From Myxococcota bacterium (GTDB lineage: Bacteria > Myxococcota_A > SURF-8 > G963663525), in assembly GCA_963676915.2 (NCBI GenBank), contig CAXXVK010000067.1, positions 160,001-224,000 of the forward strand: a stretch of DNA of 64,000 nucleotides. Reading direction: 5' to 3'. A program made the translations under genes and the position numbers. Shown in pieces: positions 51,234 through 61,662 of the stretch (positions are counted from its first letter, which is position 1; the number at the start of each line of letters is the position of its first letter). The notes below the pieces were generated by a model. That model did not search any database and was not told the origin of the DNA. It saw only the letters and a list, made by a program, of their open reading frames with translations.

Positions 51234-52544
51234 TTAGAACTTCACGGAATATCCCAGCATGAAATGATGGTGTTTGTACCGTTGTTGCGCAGCTTTTTCG
51301 TTGCGGTAGATGTAATCGAACATCAGTTTGTGACGCCAGTTGATGCTCCAGGCCGCTCCTGCGAGGATGAAATAATAGTAATCGAGTTCTCCACGGCGGG
51401 GTTCGAGGTATTCCGTTTTGTCGCCTGCACCGCCACCAACGAAAAACGAGAGGAAATCCGTAGGGAAAATACCCAGTTTGAGCATTCCCGAGTGGGAGAT
51501 GTCGCCTGCATCGTCGATGGACATGTAGTAGCGTGGATAAATCATGAACATACTGAAATAGTAGATCAAGCCCGGTGTAATGACGTGAATACCTTCGTTT
51601 TCGAACTGAATGCGCCAGTATTTAAGATACAGCTCCAAACCGAAATCGAAGATATAACCCGGCTCAATCTGTGCCGACCAGTTGGGGGAGAAATCGGGAT
51701 CGATGGTGAAACCCAGCGCTCCGTACAGTGTCCAGCCTGACTTCCAGCGGTACGAACCGAATAATTCGTTGTAGACATCATCGACGATTTTTCCGTAATC
51801 TCGCTGACGATATTCGGAACTTACCCCCACATGCAACGTATTCCAAACGCGAGCATCAAGTTTGGCAAGCGCATTCCAACCGTCGTTTCTCTTCTCGATA
51901 AAGACGTAGCCAGGTTGTAAAAGTAACTCGAAGCGGGCTTCGGATCTTTCGATGTCGTCGTCAAGGTCGCAGTTGCTTTTTCCCTGGAGTTTACACAACA
52001 GGATGAAATCCTGCCGAGCCAGTTCGTTGTTGCCGAGGTTTTTGTGAGCCATTCCCCGGTTTCTGAGGGCCAACTGGTCATCGGGAACGCGGAGCAGGTA
52101 CAGGTCGTATCGTTCGACCGCATTTTTCCAGTCGCTACGCCAAAAGGCTATGTTGGCGACGAGTTTCGCCGTGTCCGGGTCGGAATAAGCACTGATTTCA
52201 AGACCTTGCGCTTCGGTCCAAGCGGCGTCCAGATCGCCTTTCCATGCCAGCACACGGACTCGTTGCGTTCGCATGTCGGAGTCATCGGGATATTTGGCTA
52301 AGACTTTGTCGATCCATTGCAGGGATTCGTCGTATTTTTTCTCGAAAGCCAGTGTGCGAGCCATCATTGCCCACAATTCGGCGTTTTCCGGGTCTTCGTT
52401 AAGGCACTCCCGAAGAAGGAATTCCGCCGTGAACCAGTCTTGTTGCTCGTAGGCGTGTTCACCGTCCGGGCAACTGGCAGCAAAGACCGTGGATGCCGAT
52501 AAGATCGACAGGCAACTTATTAGCAAGGCGAGTAAGCGTTTCAT
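51234..52544 (-). CDS. TPR-repeat protein with C-terminal YaiO-like outer-membrane beta-barrel
   Basis: Signal peptide MKRLLALL.., TPR helices (ARTLAFEKKYDES, VRVLAWKGDLDAA), alternating beta-strands, terminal YSVKF. Confidence 0.75.
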   Translation of the reverse strand: MKRLLALLISCLSILSASTVFAASCPDGEHAYEQQDWFTAEFLLRECLNEDPENAELWAMMARTLAFEKKYDESLQWIDKVLAKYPDDSDMRTQRVRVLAWKGDLDAAWTEAQGLEISAYSDPDTAKLVANIAFWRSDWKNAVERYDLYLLRVPDDQLALRNRGMAHKNLGNNELARQDFILLCKLQGKSNCDLDDDIERSEARFELLLQPGYVFIEKRNDGWNALAKLDARVWNTLHVGVSSEYRQRDYGKIVDDVYNELFGSYRWKSGWTLYGALGFTIDPDFSPNWSAQIEPGYIFDFGLELYLKYWRIQFENEGIHVITPGLIYYFSMFMIYPRYYMSIDDAGDISHSGMLKLGIFPTDFLSFFVGGGAGDKTEYLEPRRGELDYYYFILAGAAWSINWRHKLMFDYIYRNEKAAQQRYKHHHFMLGYSVKF

Positions 52545-53848
52545 TGGACCTCTGCTCGCAATTCGTGATATCCGCCGAACAGCGGGGCTGGTTCGCCGGT
52601 TCTCATTTCGCGTTCTAAAAATAGAAACCATAATGTTGGCGCGGCTGCCGGATGTGTTGGAAAATCCTTCAATTCCCGATTCGCATAGGGGATTCCCGGT
52701 CCGCCCAGACAGGAGAGTTCCATCGACATGTCCAACACGCGGTTGGCTATATCAGGCTTTTCCAGACGCCAGGCCGCAAGGGCCACACCCAACGAACCCT
52801 CGACGAAAATCAGTGACTCCCACTCCTTGGTCAAGGGGCCGTCGATGGGATCGAGATAGGGGCGATATCCGAACAAGCCACCGTCCTGCGTGGCAAATGC
52901 TTCGATCGTGTAATCCAGACTTTGTTTGGCCAGCTTGGGTTTTCCAATAGAATACAGCCACAACGCTCCCCAGCCGCCGGAAGCGTCGAGCGCTCGACCT
53001 TCGTCAATGTTTCGATGGGTGGCGGCCACGGCAAACCGCGATTTCTGTGGGAGCCAGAGAATGGAATTGATGTCACGTGCCAGGGTTTGGGCTCGTTCCG
53101 GTTCTGTCAGCGAAAACGCCATGTGACTATCGAACTGATGTTCCGAAATGGCGGGTAGAAATTCAATATTCGGGAAGAATACCAGATAGTTGGAGCTCCA
53201 ACGTCCCCGGCCGCCACGAAGCAATCCTCGGTTGATGGCACCATCGTAGGTTTCGATTTGCGTGGAAAGATACATTGCAGACAATTCCGCCGACAGGTCA
53301 GCGGCATGATCGTTGTATTTTCGAGCGTAATAGGCCATGGCAAAAGAAGCCCAGGCAACAGCGCCGTTGCGAACGTATTCGGCGTTGTAGTAATTATCGT
53401 TCTGAGCATCGAAGCCGAAGCCCCAGCTGCCATCCGCGTTTTGCAGCAATACCAAGGTGTTGGCCAATCCTCTCGCCGTTTCTTCGTCTCCCTTCCAGGC
53501 AAACCAAAGCAAAGCCAAGGCGTCATCGTAAATGAAACTGCGGTTTTTCAGCCAAGGGTCGGGATGGTCGGGATAAGATAGAATCGCAAGATAGCGAGTG
53601 TCAGGTTGTCGATTGAGCGTACGGGTTTCTTTCGGAGTTGTTGCGTCGTATGTCGTTTCATTGGTGTATTCAACGATTTGCAGCCACCGTTCCGCCTCCA
53701 ATCGGGTCGATTGCAGGCGTTCCGCCCGAGACCCCTTCGAGATGGTGCACTCGGGATGGTCGTGAAGCGATAACCGCTTGGACGCGCAGCCGCTCCCCAA
53801 AGATATCAGCAGAAGAAGGAACCAGATGAGACCGTGTGTGACCTTCAT
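52541..53848 (-). CDS. Lipoprotein, probable (alpha/alpha)6 six-hairpin glycosidase-like protein
   Basis: LGSGC lipobox; SFIYDDALALL, LQNADGSW, GAVAWA, FVEGSLGVALA helical-hairpin pattern. Confidence 0.55.
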   Translation of the reverse strand: MKVTHGLIWFLLLLISLGSGCASKRLSLHDHPECTISKGSRAERLQSTRLEAERWLQIVEYTNETTYDATTPKETRTLNRQPDTRYLAILSYPDHPDPWLKNRSFIYDDALALLWFAWKGDEETARGLANTLVLLQNADGSWGFGFDAQNDNYYNAEYVRNGAVAWASFAMAYYARKYNDHAADLSAELSAMYLSTQIETYDGAINRGLLRGGRGRWSSNYLVFFPNIEFLPAISEHQFDSHMAFSLTEPERAQTLARDINSILWLPQKSRFAVAATHRNIDEGRALDASGGWGALWLYSIGKPKLAKQSLDYTIEAFATQDGGLFGYRPYLDPIDGPLTKEWESLIFVEGSLGVALAAWRLEKPDIANRVLDMSMELSCLGGPGIPYANRELKDFPTHPAAAPTLWFLFLEREMRTGEPAPLFGGYHELRAEVQ

Positions 53849-55056
53849 TCTTCGGCTATCCCATAGTTTTTTGTGTCGAAAATGTTCATCATCAAAGGAA
53901 GGTAACATTCCCAGAAAAAGCCACGTTGATCCGGGTAATGGTCGATCAGGCGCATGAAACGTTTATAATACAACGCCCATTCCATGTTGTACGGACCTTC
54001 GTCAACCTTGTTGTCCGAAAAATCCCCGGCAAAATAAATAGCCAGAGGTTTTTTTGTTGCGCGGATAATTGCGGGAAATTGATGGTAAATGTTGAATTTC
54101 TTTAGTTGTTCCTGGCCTTTATCCGTTACGAGCATATCGAAACGGGCTAAAACCTCCGAGCCTGGACGTGCATACACAATGTCGAACCAGTAGTAGAATG
54201 GAACGTCGGAAAGAACGTCTTTCATCAGTGGATCGTGCGGACGTACCACGGAAATCCGCATACCGCGAGGCTCGATGTCGATTTCTTCCTGAAGCACGAA
54301 GATACGGGTGTCCCAGTGGGTCATGAGGATTCCACGTCCTTCGAAATCCCATTCCTTTCCGTAATGCTTTTTGTAGTTGCGTCGTGCCCACTCGGGGATT
54401 TCGTCTTTATTGGACAGATCTTCGAAAAAACGCCCGGCCCAGCCGCTCCACTTGAGCCACAGCATTTTTTCAAGCATTCGCCTTGCTTTTCCATACGTAG
54501 GAGATGCGAAGGTGTTGAATTCAGCTATGAAATCACCGCCCCGGTCCACGAAATCCTTGATGGCTTTGACTTCTTTTTCCGTCATGCCACCGTAGATTTT
54601 TTCGCTGTAATCCAGCGCGGTGAGGTCTTCGTCCTGTCCCTCAAGATCAAGCCGATATACACCGTAGGAATCCGCGATGAACAACAGATCCTTGTCTTCC
54701 AAATGCTCGGGGGTTAGGTCTTCTGTCTCCGCCTTGTCGTTTTCATCCACCCGTTCGGGATAGTAGCCGATGTAGTCGATGTAATCTTTCCATGGACGGC
54801 TACGTCCCGGAGGCGAGGTTTTCAGGTGATTCAACGTCCAGGTCAACGAGGAATGTTCACGATATTCGTCGTTCGGGACCGACTTGTCGATCACCAATAT
54901 CCGGTTGGCCAAGTCGTCTTTCAGAAACCAGAAAACAAAGGGAACCGAAAGGAAAAACAAGAAAATCAATAAGGATGTCAGGCACCCTCTTCTTGCGCGG
55001 TTTCTTTCTTTTCTTTCTTTTCCTTCTCGAACCCTTTTCTGCTCATCGTTCCCCAT
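53845..55056 (-). CDS. Membrane-anchored periplasmic hypothetical protein (start uncertain)
   Basis: N-terminal TM, ILVIDKSVP...EH, FIADSYGVY, IAEFNTFASPT, WSGWAGRFF, PFYYWFDI, YFAGDF; 79-bp overlap with the GT2 gene. Confidence 0.7.
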   Translation of the reverse strand: MGNDEQKRVREGKERKERNRARRGCLTSLLIFLFFLSVPFVFWFLKDDLANRILVIDKSVPNDEYREHSSLTWTLNHLKTSPPGRSRPWKDYIDYIGYYPERVDENDKAETEDLTPEHLEDKDLLFIADSYGVYRLDLEGQDEDLTALDYSEKIYGGMTEKEVKAIKDFVDRGGDFIAEFNTFASPTYGKARRMLEKMLWLKWSGWAGRFFEDLSNKDEIPEWARRNYKKHYGKEWDFEGRGILMTHWDTRIFVLQEEIDIEPRGMRISVVRPHDPLMKDVLSDVPFYYWFDIVYARPGSEVLARFDMLVTDKGQEQLKKFNIYHQFPAIIRATKKPLAIYFAGDFSDNKVDEGPYNMEWALYYKRFMRLIDHYPDQRGFFWECYLPLMMNIFDTKNYGIAEE

Positions 55057-56408
55057 GATTTTTCACCAGTAATGAACTTGAATAATCCTCGAAGTCTATA
55101 AAAGAGCGTGATTTGTCGATAACCGAAATTTTCCAGCCAAGCCGCTAGAATCAACCCTGCACGCACTTTGGCTCCCTTGTAAATATTGAAGCTCAAGGCA
55201 TCGAGAATGATGCTTTGGAGCGACAACAAGAAGCCGCCGCAAATCGCTACGATGAAGAACAGCAGGGTGAAATTCACATCGACCCCGCCAAATAGAAGGA
55301 TGTAAATGAAGTAGATATAGCCGAACAGTTCCACGACCGGGCCGAGGAATTCGAAAAAGAAGTAGATAGGAAAAACAACGAGGCCGATATTTCCATAGGC
55401 CGGGTTGAATAGCATTTCCTTGTGACGCATCATCGTATCGCTCAACCCACGGTGCCAACGATCACGTTGCTTACCCAAAATCTTTAAGGATTCGGGGGCT
55501 TCCGTGTAACACACCGGGTCAGGAAGGAAAACGATGCGGTATTTTTCCTTCTTTTTGATCAGGCTTTTGTGTAAGCGCACCACAAGTTCCATATCTTCTC
55601 CGATGGAACCTTCCTGGTAAGCTCCTGCTTCTACGAGTTTGTCCCGTGCAAAAAGGCCGAAAGCACCTGAAATGATAAGGTTTCCTCCCAGGCGATTGTA
55701 TCCCATACGCCCGAAAAGGAAGGCTCGCAGGTACTCGACGATTTGAAAGCGTGCCAGCCAGGATTTGGGAAGGGTGACTTCCTCGATAATGCCGTCTTTG
55801 ACTTTGCAGCCATTGGCCAGGCGGACTGTTCCACCCACGGCGATTACCTGGTCATCGTAATACAGGAACGGCTCGATCATGCGTAGCAGGGCCTTGCGGT
55901 CCAGGATAGTGTCCGAGTCCACGCAACAAACCAGCGGAGATCGTGCCGCATTGATACCGACGTTCAGTGCGTCGGCTTTGCCGCCGTTTTCTTTGTCTAC
56001 AACGATCAGTCGGCTTTCCACCGACGAATGATAAATCATTTTAACCGGTTGCGTCTGTACATCTCGCCGAACAACCAGATCGGTCGGTACCAGTTCGAAG
56101 CGTTCTTTCAGTCGTTGCAGGGTTTCATCCGTACTACCGTCGTTGATCACGATCACGTTGAGGCTGGGATAAATCAACTGCATCAGTGCACGAACGGAAT
56201 CGACGATACTGGCTTCCTCGTTGAAGGCTGGGACAAGAATCGAAATCGGCGGGCTGCTTTCCTGCGAAAGGAAAATATTGTCGAACTCAGGTAGACGACT
56301 GGCCATTCTCGCGACCAATTCGTAGACGGACAGGCTGATCAGCATGCCGTAAACGAAGTTGAGCGCAAGAAAATACAGTAATACAAGGGTATCGATATAG
56401 GCGGTCAT
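54978..56408 (-). CDS. Processive GT2 glycosyltransferase (PgaC/IcaA-like polysaccharide synthase)
   Basis: PAFNEE, NDGSTD, KENGGKADALN, DSD, GEDME, QRDRW, TMs at both ends. Confidence 0.9.
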   Translation of the reverse strand: MTAYIDTLVLLYFLALNFVYGMLISLSVYELVARMASRLPEFDNIFLSQESSPPISILVPAFNEEASIVDSVRALMQLIYPSLNVIVINDGSTDETLQRLKERFELVPTDLVVRRDVQTQPVKMIYHSSVESRLIVVDKENGGKADALNVGINAARSPLVCCVDSDTILDRKALLRMIEPFLYYDDQVIAVGGTVRLANGCKVKDGIIEEVTLPKSWLARFQIVEYLRAFLFGRMGYNRLGGNLIISGAFGLFARDKLVEAGAYQEGSIGEDMELVVRLHKSLIKKKEKYRIVFLPDPVCYTEAPESLKILGKQRDRWHRGLSDTMMRHKEMLFNPAYGNIGLVVFPIYFFFEFLGPVVELFGYIYFIYILLFGGVDVNFTLLFFIVAICGGFLLSLQSIILDALSFNIYKGAKVRAGLILAAWLENFGYRQITLFYRLRGLFKFITGEKSWGTMSRKGFEKEKKEKKETAQEEGA

Positions 56409-57508
56409 TGGACGGTATAACCTTCCCGGCGAATGAGAATATAGCGTTGCAACTCTTGTCTCGCCGTGTCGGCGGCAAAGGGATCTTTTCCGACGTATGC
56501 GGTTTTCTTGAGAATTTCGATGCCTTTTTCCCCCATCGAAGACAAGGCCGATGCGGCATTTTGACGAACCCAGAAGGATCTGTCGCCAAGGGCCGTTTCA
56601 AGGGCGCGGAAAGATTGCTCTTCTTTCCATTTCTTCAATACTCGAACCGCTTGGGCACGTACCTGCCATTCGGTGTCTTTGGCTAAAAACAGCAGCATGG
56701 GAAGGATATTAGAACCAGCCATTTCCCCTGCCGCGTTACAGGCTCCGATACGGATTTCGATCGAAGGATCGTTGGAAGCCACTCGCAACCATTTCACGCA
56801 TTCTTCAGGAACCATACGAGCAGACGCGACGAGAAGAATCCGCCGGATTCGTGGACAGACGATGCGATCCCAATAGGACATCAACTCCGTCATTTTGGGA
56901 ATCGAGAGGTTGTGAATCACAGCGTAGAGAGGTTCTTCCATCAAGCGGCTTTTTAAAATCAGATCCTGAAGCATCATGAAAAGTTCTTCCGCCGTACCGA
57001 TATGGCTGATGGCGTTCGCCGCCAAGATTCGAACGGGATAGCGGTCGTTTCGGCGATCCAGGATGATTTTTTTTTCTTTGTCCGTGGCGATAACTGCCAG
57101 TCGCCGCATGGCTTTGATTCGTCGATGCAGAAGGGAAGAACGGGAGTCGGCGATATCCGCTTCCAGTAATCCCAGGTAGCGATAGAGCCGTGCGACTTTT
57201 GTTTTGTAAATGCCTGAAGTGGATGTGATGAAAGGTTCGATGAAACTTCGAATAACTTCCGTAGGATATTGAATCGCTTCATCAGCGAGCTGCTTGATGA
57301 GTTTGTCGTCTTCCAGTGCGGCGAAAAACTTTGCGCTGAGTTCGTTGTTGATTTTTTCTTCGAGGTGTTTCCTGTGCCGGTCTCGGATCGTGTGGATAAT
57401 CAGCCAAAAGATCGTGATGAGAATAATGGCAATCTCAACGAGGATCGCCGTGGCAAGCATACGATAAAGTGGGTCCGCCCAGATTCTCTCCAGAAGATCA
57501 TAAAGCAA
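56405..57508 (-). CDS. Membrane-anchored HEAT-repeat protein
   Basis: N-terminal TM; DPSIEIRIGAC, DTEWQVRAQA, DRSFWVRQNAA repeats. Confidence 0.85.
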   Translation of the reverse strand: MLYDLLERIWADPLYRMLATAILVEIAIILITIFWLIIHTIRDRHRKHLEEKINNELSAKFFAALEDDKLIKQLADEAIQYPTEVIRSFIEPFITSTSGIYKTKVARLYRYLGLLEADIADSRSSLLHRRIKAMRRLAVIATDKEKKIILDRRNDRYPVRILAANAISHIGTAEELFMMLQDLILKSRLMEEPLYAVIHNLSIPKMTELMSYWDRIVCPRIRRILLVASARMVPEECVKWLRVASNDPSIEIRIGACNAAGEMAGSNILPMLLFLAKDTEWQVRAQAVRVLKKWKEEQSFRALETALGDRSFWVRQNAASALSSMGEKGIEILKKTAYVGKDPFAADTARQELQRYILIRREGYTVQ

Positions 57509-57518
57509 ATTACTTTCC

Positions 57519-59096
57519 TTACTGCTGGTGTTCCATGAACCGCTTCAAACGTGTAACGACGACTTCAGGATTGAACGGTTTTGGGATGAAATCGTCGGCT
57601 CCCATGGCAAAAGCCTGTTGCACAATGGTGTCCTGACTGTGCGCCGAGAGGATCACCACCTTGGCTTCGCCACGAGAACCGTTTTTTCCCATTTCCTTCA
57701 ATACATCCAACCCACTGCGAAACGGCATGTGAATATCCAAGATGATGAAGTGGAAACTGTCTTCCTTGAGGGCTTTTTCCGCTTCTTCTCCGTCGTTGGC
57801 GACTTTGACGAACCACCCTTGCTGGCCAAAATGGAATTTGAGCAATTCAAGGATTGGAGGGTCGTCGTCCGCCACGAGAATTTTCACTGGACCTTTTTTA
57901 ACTTCTACTTTTCTCTTTTGCTGAGCCATCAACACCGCTTTGGGAAGCCTGGGATTGGCTTTGGCTTCGGTAAGCGTGCGTTCGGTCGATTTCAAGTAGC
58001 GTTTCAATTCAATGCGAGAGCGAACCCTCCCGATCAGTTCCTCTGGAATATAGGGGAGTAGAATGAAATCATCGGCTCCCGAAGTATAAATGGCTTGGCG
58101 CTGTTCGAACGAACCGTTTTCGCAAAGCAGTATCACGAGGATGTCTGAAAAATGCTTGTCGTTTTTCAGACGGTTCGTAAATTGATAAATATTCACTTCC
58201 CGATTTTTTACATTGGAGATAATCAGGTCCGGTGCGGTTTTCATCCACTGTCGCTTGAGTTGGTCGTAAGTGGTGAAAGCGTAAACTCGAATGTCTTCTT
58301 TTGTAAGATCCTGCTTGATCTGTTGGAGAAGGCTTTCGTTCGATTCAAGGAGGAAAACGATCCCACGGGAAGGGGCGAGTTCGAGTTGAAGTTGATTGAC
58401 TAGCGTCGAATAATCTTTGTAAGCGATATCTTGCGGTACAAATGATGTCGCTCCAGATTGCAGCATCTTGATGCGATCGATCATGCCGAGGTTTTCCACA
58501 ATAACGATGACGGGAACCTTGTAAGTTCGCTCATTTTGGCGAATTTGCTTGATTCGTTTGATGGTTTCCGCGTTTTTGGCTTCGTTGTCGATCGCTATCG
58601 CAATGTAGCTTCGGGTCGTGATGTATTCACTGAGTTGTTTTTCATTTTCGGCGATATCGCAAAGCTCTTTGACTTTTTCCGGAATTTTCAACAGAAACTC
58701 GAAGCTGGGACGATTGGTGACAAACAACATGCGTCCCAAGGGAACGCCGGTTGGTTTGGGTTTTTCTCCAATACTATCCGCCAGGTCGCTACGCATTCCC
58801 TGTATGACTTCTTCGAGATGGTCGAGAAAATCTTTTTCTACCGGTTTGTTTTGCAAAATGTAGAGATTGCAACCCTCTTCGCCGCTTCGTGCCAGGCGGG
58901 ACATGTTGGTAAAACCGTATGTTCCACCCGATCCCGCGATTTTATGAAATTCGTGCCTCAGTTGCTTGAGCGTGTCGAGATTGGCGGGATGTTGACGGAG
59001 TGTGTCCACGATTTTGGCGATGTGGTCCAGTCGAACGATGGTTTCCTTGGCAAACTTGGTTTGGATGACCATCAGTTTTTCATCAACGGAACTCAT
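57519..59096 (-). CDS. Hpt domain plus three receiver domains, no output domain
   Basis: FHKIAGSGGTYGF (Hpt His); two degenerate RECs (one has ISN for the phospho-Asp); canonical C-terminal REC (VADDD, LDIHMP, PKPF). Confidence 0.85.
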   Translation of the reverse strand: MSSVDEKLMVIQTKFAKETIVRLDHIAKIVDTLRQHPANLDTLKQLRHEFHKIAGSGGTYGFTNMSRLARSGEEGCNLYILQNKPVEKDFLDHLEEVIQGMRSDLADSIGEKPKPTGVPLGRMLFVTNRPSFEFLLKIPEKVKELCDIAENEKQLSEYITTRSYIAIAIDNEAKNAETIKRIKQIRQNERTYKVPVIVIVENLGMIDRIKMLQSGATSFVPQDIAYKDYSTLVNQLQLELAPSRGIVFLLESNESLLQQIKQDLTKEDIRVYAFTTYDQLKRQWMKTAPDLIISNVKNREVNIYQFTNRLKNDKHFSDILVILLCENGSFEQRQAIYTSGADDFILLPYIPEELIGRVRSRIELKRYLKSTERTLTEAKANPRLPKAVLMAQQKRKVEVKKGPVKILVADDDPPILELLKFHFGQQGWFVKVANDGEEAEKALKEDSFHFIILDIHMPFRSGLDVLKEMGKNGSRGEAKVVILSAHSQDTIVQQAFAMGADDFIPKPFNPEVVVTRLKRFMEHQQ

Positions 59097-59653
59097 TGGT
59101 TTATGTGTCCCCTCAGATTAGAGAAAAGTACTCGTCGAGAAACGCTGTCGTTCGGTTTCAGCACTATTAGGCAGAAACCCCGTCTGTATCTGCCATAAAC
59201 AACCATCTTGATCAATAGCATTCACTATAATACTTGAAAATAAACCTTGAGGAAAGAAAAACTCTGAATCTTAAGAAAAAAGAAGGGGTTAGCTCATAAA
59301 GATTGTTAGAAAACTGTAAAAGCAAACGCGATCATGTAAAAAGTATATACATGACATGCATTACATGTTAAGATGGATGAGTGATTGGTGGAGAAGTAAC
59401 GTAAATTGGCTAAAAGTCACATCGTTGCTTTTCTTTGGCTGAAATGTGCCGATTGATACCACGAGGCGGACGTTTAGATCGTATCGCTTCGTCGGGTCTT
59501 TTTATGTCGTAGTGGATTGCAGTTTTTTCCTTTCCACTGGCGACATCGTTCTTTCTCAATTTCCTATCCAGGTTCGGATTTCATCAATAGTTAAAGCAAG
59601 TTCGATATCGGATTGCATGTTGGCATCAACCTCTAGCGAATGGGAAGTGTGTC

Positions 59654-61621
59654 ATGAAACACGAGATCAAGTTACACAAGCACCAAGTGGATTCCTTGGA
59701 AGAATACCAAAGGATGTATCGGCTGAGTGTGGACGACCCCGTCGGGTTCTGGCGAAAGCAGGCGGAGCGGTTGTCCTGGTTTCATCCCTTTCACACGGTT
59801 CGAGATATCGACATGGATGAAATCGACTTCGGCTGGTATCTGGGTGGTCGTTTGAACGCTTGCTTCAATGCTGTTGATCGCCACATTGCTGAAAGAGGAG
59901 ACAAGACCGCCATTATCTGGGCGAAAGACGAGCCGGGAGAATACGAGAAAATCACTTACAGAAAACTGAAACACCAGGTTTCACGTGTCGCGAACGTCTT
60001 GCTGAAACACGGTGTTCGCAAAAACGACACGGTGGCTATCTATATGCCGATGATTCCTGAAGCCGTGTATACGATGCTTGCCTGTGCCCGCATCGGTGCG
60101 GCGCATACCGTTGTATTTGCAGGGTTTTCCGGGGAAGCCTTGCGAGAGCGGATTATCGACGCCAAGGCCAGCGTGCTGGTCACGGCCGATCAAGGATTGC
60201 GGGGCGGACGTAAAGTGCACCTCAAAGCCATCGCCAATCGTGCGGTGGAAGGACTGGGGATCGTGAAATGTATCCTCGTTGCCAAGCGCACCGGGGCCGA
60301 TGTCGAAATGAGAGCGGGTCGCGATTACTGGCTGAACGAAGAAATGGACCGTGAACGATCCACCTGTCCCATCGAGTGGATGTCCAGTGAGGCTCCGTTA
60401 TTTGTTTTGTATACCAGTGGTTCGACCGGCAAACCTAAAGGTGTGTTGCATACAACGGGTGGATATCTGGTCTATGCTGCGACAACTCACCATTACGTCT
60501 TCGATCTCAAGCCCGACGACGTGTTTTTCTGCACGGCGGATATCGGTTGGATTACCGGTCACACTTATCTTGTGTACGGACCGCTTGTAAACGGCGCGAC
60601 GACGGTATTGTTCGAATCCGTTCCGACATATCCCGATCCTGGGCGCTTTTGGCAGGTTGCACAAGATCTTGGGGTTACGACGCTGTATACCGCACCGACG
60701 GCGATTCGTTCTCTGGCCCGTGAATCGGATGAATACGTTACCAAGCACGATCTGTCTTCCCTGCGGATTCTCGGTACGGTAGGCGAGCCGATCAGTCCCG
60801 ACGCATGGAACTGGTTCCACGATGTCGTGGGCGGCGGAAGATGTTCTATCGTCGATACCTACTGGCAGACCGAAACCGGCGGCATCGTGATTGCTCCGTT
60901 GCCGGGAGCGGTGCCGGCCAAGCCAGGATCGGCGACGCTACCGTTTTTCGGGATTTCGCCTGTCGTCAAAGACGACGATGGTAACACGCTGGAAGGCAAC
61001 GACATCGAAGGCAACCTGTGTTTCGGTCGAACCTGGCCGGGCCATGCTCGGACGATCTGGGGCGATCACAGCCGGTTCAAAGATACGTATTTCTCCCATT
61101 TCCCAGGGATTTACTTCACTGGTGACGGTTGCCGTCGGGACGAGGAAGGTTATTACTGGGTCACGGGACGTGTGGATGACGTGCTCAACGTGTCGGGTCA
61201 TCGCATTGGTTCGGCGGAAATCGAGTTCGCGCTCAACGAGCACGACTGCGTAAGCGAGTCTGCCGTCGTCGGGTTCAATCACGAAATCAAAGGTACGGGA
61301 ATTTATGCCTACGTTCGTTTGACTGAAGACGCCTTGCAGGAAGACCGGGAAGAGGTGATCGGTGGGCTGAAACAGCAGGTTCGGCAGGTGATCGGACCTA
61401 TTGCGACGCCGGATTACATCCAGATCGTACCGGATATCGTGAAAAACCGGTCAGGCAAGATGATGCGTCGCATTTTGCGCAAGGTGGCCATGAACAACTA
61501 CACGGATTTCGGGGACATTTCCACGTTGCTTGATCCGAATGTCGTTGAGGATATTATCGAAGGTCATAAAGCGCTGATCGCCGAACGTGAAGCCTCTCAA
61601 AAGGGTAAGAAAACCGCGTAA
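59654..61621 (+). CDS. acs: Acetyl-CoA synthetase
   Basis: YTSGSTGKPKG, TADIGWITGH, GTVGEP, DTYWQTETG, GRVDD, RSGKMMRR. Confidence 0.96.
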   Translation: MKHEIKLHKHQVDSLEEYQRMYRLSVDDPVGFWRKQAERLSWFHPFHTVRDIDMDEIDFGWYLGGRLNACFNAVDRHIAERGDKTAIIWAKDEPGEYEKITYRKLKHQVSRVANVLLKHGVRKNDTVAIYMPMIPEAVYTMLACARIGAAHTVVFAGFSGEALRERIIDAKASVLVTADQGLRGGRKVHLKAIANRAVEGLGIVKCILVAKRTGADVEMRAGRDYWLNEEMDRERSTCPIEWMSSEAPLFVLYTSGSTGKPKGVLHTTGGYLVYAATTHHYVFDLKPDDVFFCTADIGWITGHTYLVYGPLVNGATTVLFESVPTYPDPGRFWQVAQDLGVTTLYTAPTAIRSLARESDEYVTKHDLSSLRILGTVGEPISPDAWNWFHDVVGGGRCSIVDTYWQTETGGIVIAPLPGAVPAKPGSATLPFFGISPVVKDDDGNTLEGNDIEGNLCFGRTWPGHARTIWGDHSRFKDTYFSHFPGIYFTGDGCRRDEEGYYWVTGRVDDVLNVSGHRIGSAEIEFALNEHDCVSESAVVGFNHEIKGTGIYAYVRLTEDALQEDREEVIGGLKQQVRQVIGPIATPDYIQIVPDIVKNRSGKMMRRILRKVAMNNYTDFGDISTLLDPNVVEDIIEGHKALIAEREASQKGKKTA

Positions 61622-61634
61622 TTACAGTAATTAT

Positions 61635-61661
61635 GGCTCTCCGCTTCAATTGCGGGGAGCC
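61635..61661. terminator. Hairpin between convergent acs and tlpA-like genes
   Basis: GGCTCTCCGC-ttcaatt-GCGGGGAGCC. Confidence 0.65.
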
Positions 61662-61662
61662 G

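Noticed and set aside
59200-59650. AT-rich intergenic region with short CATG/TACATG palindromes
   Set aside because: Consistent with ordinary divergent promoters; no specific motif or RNA could be supported
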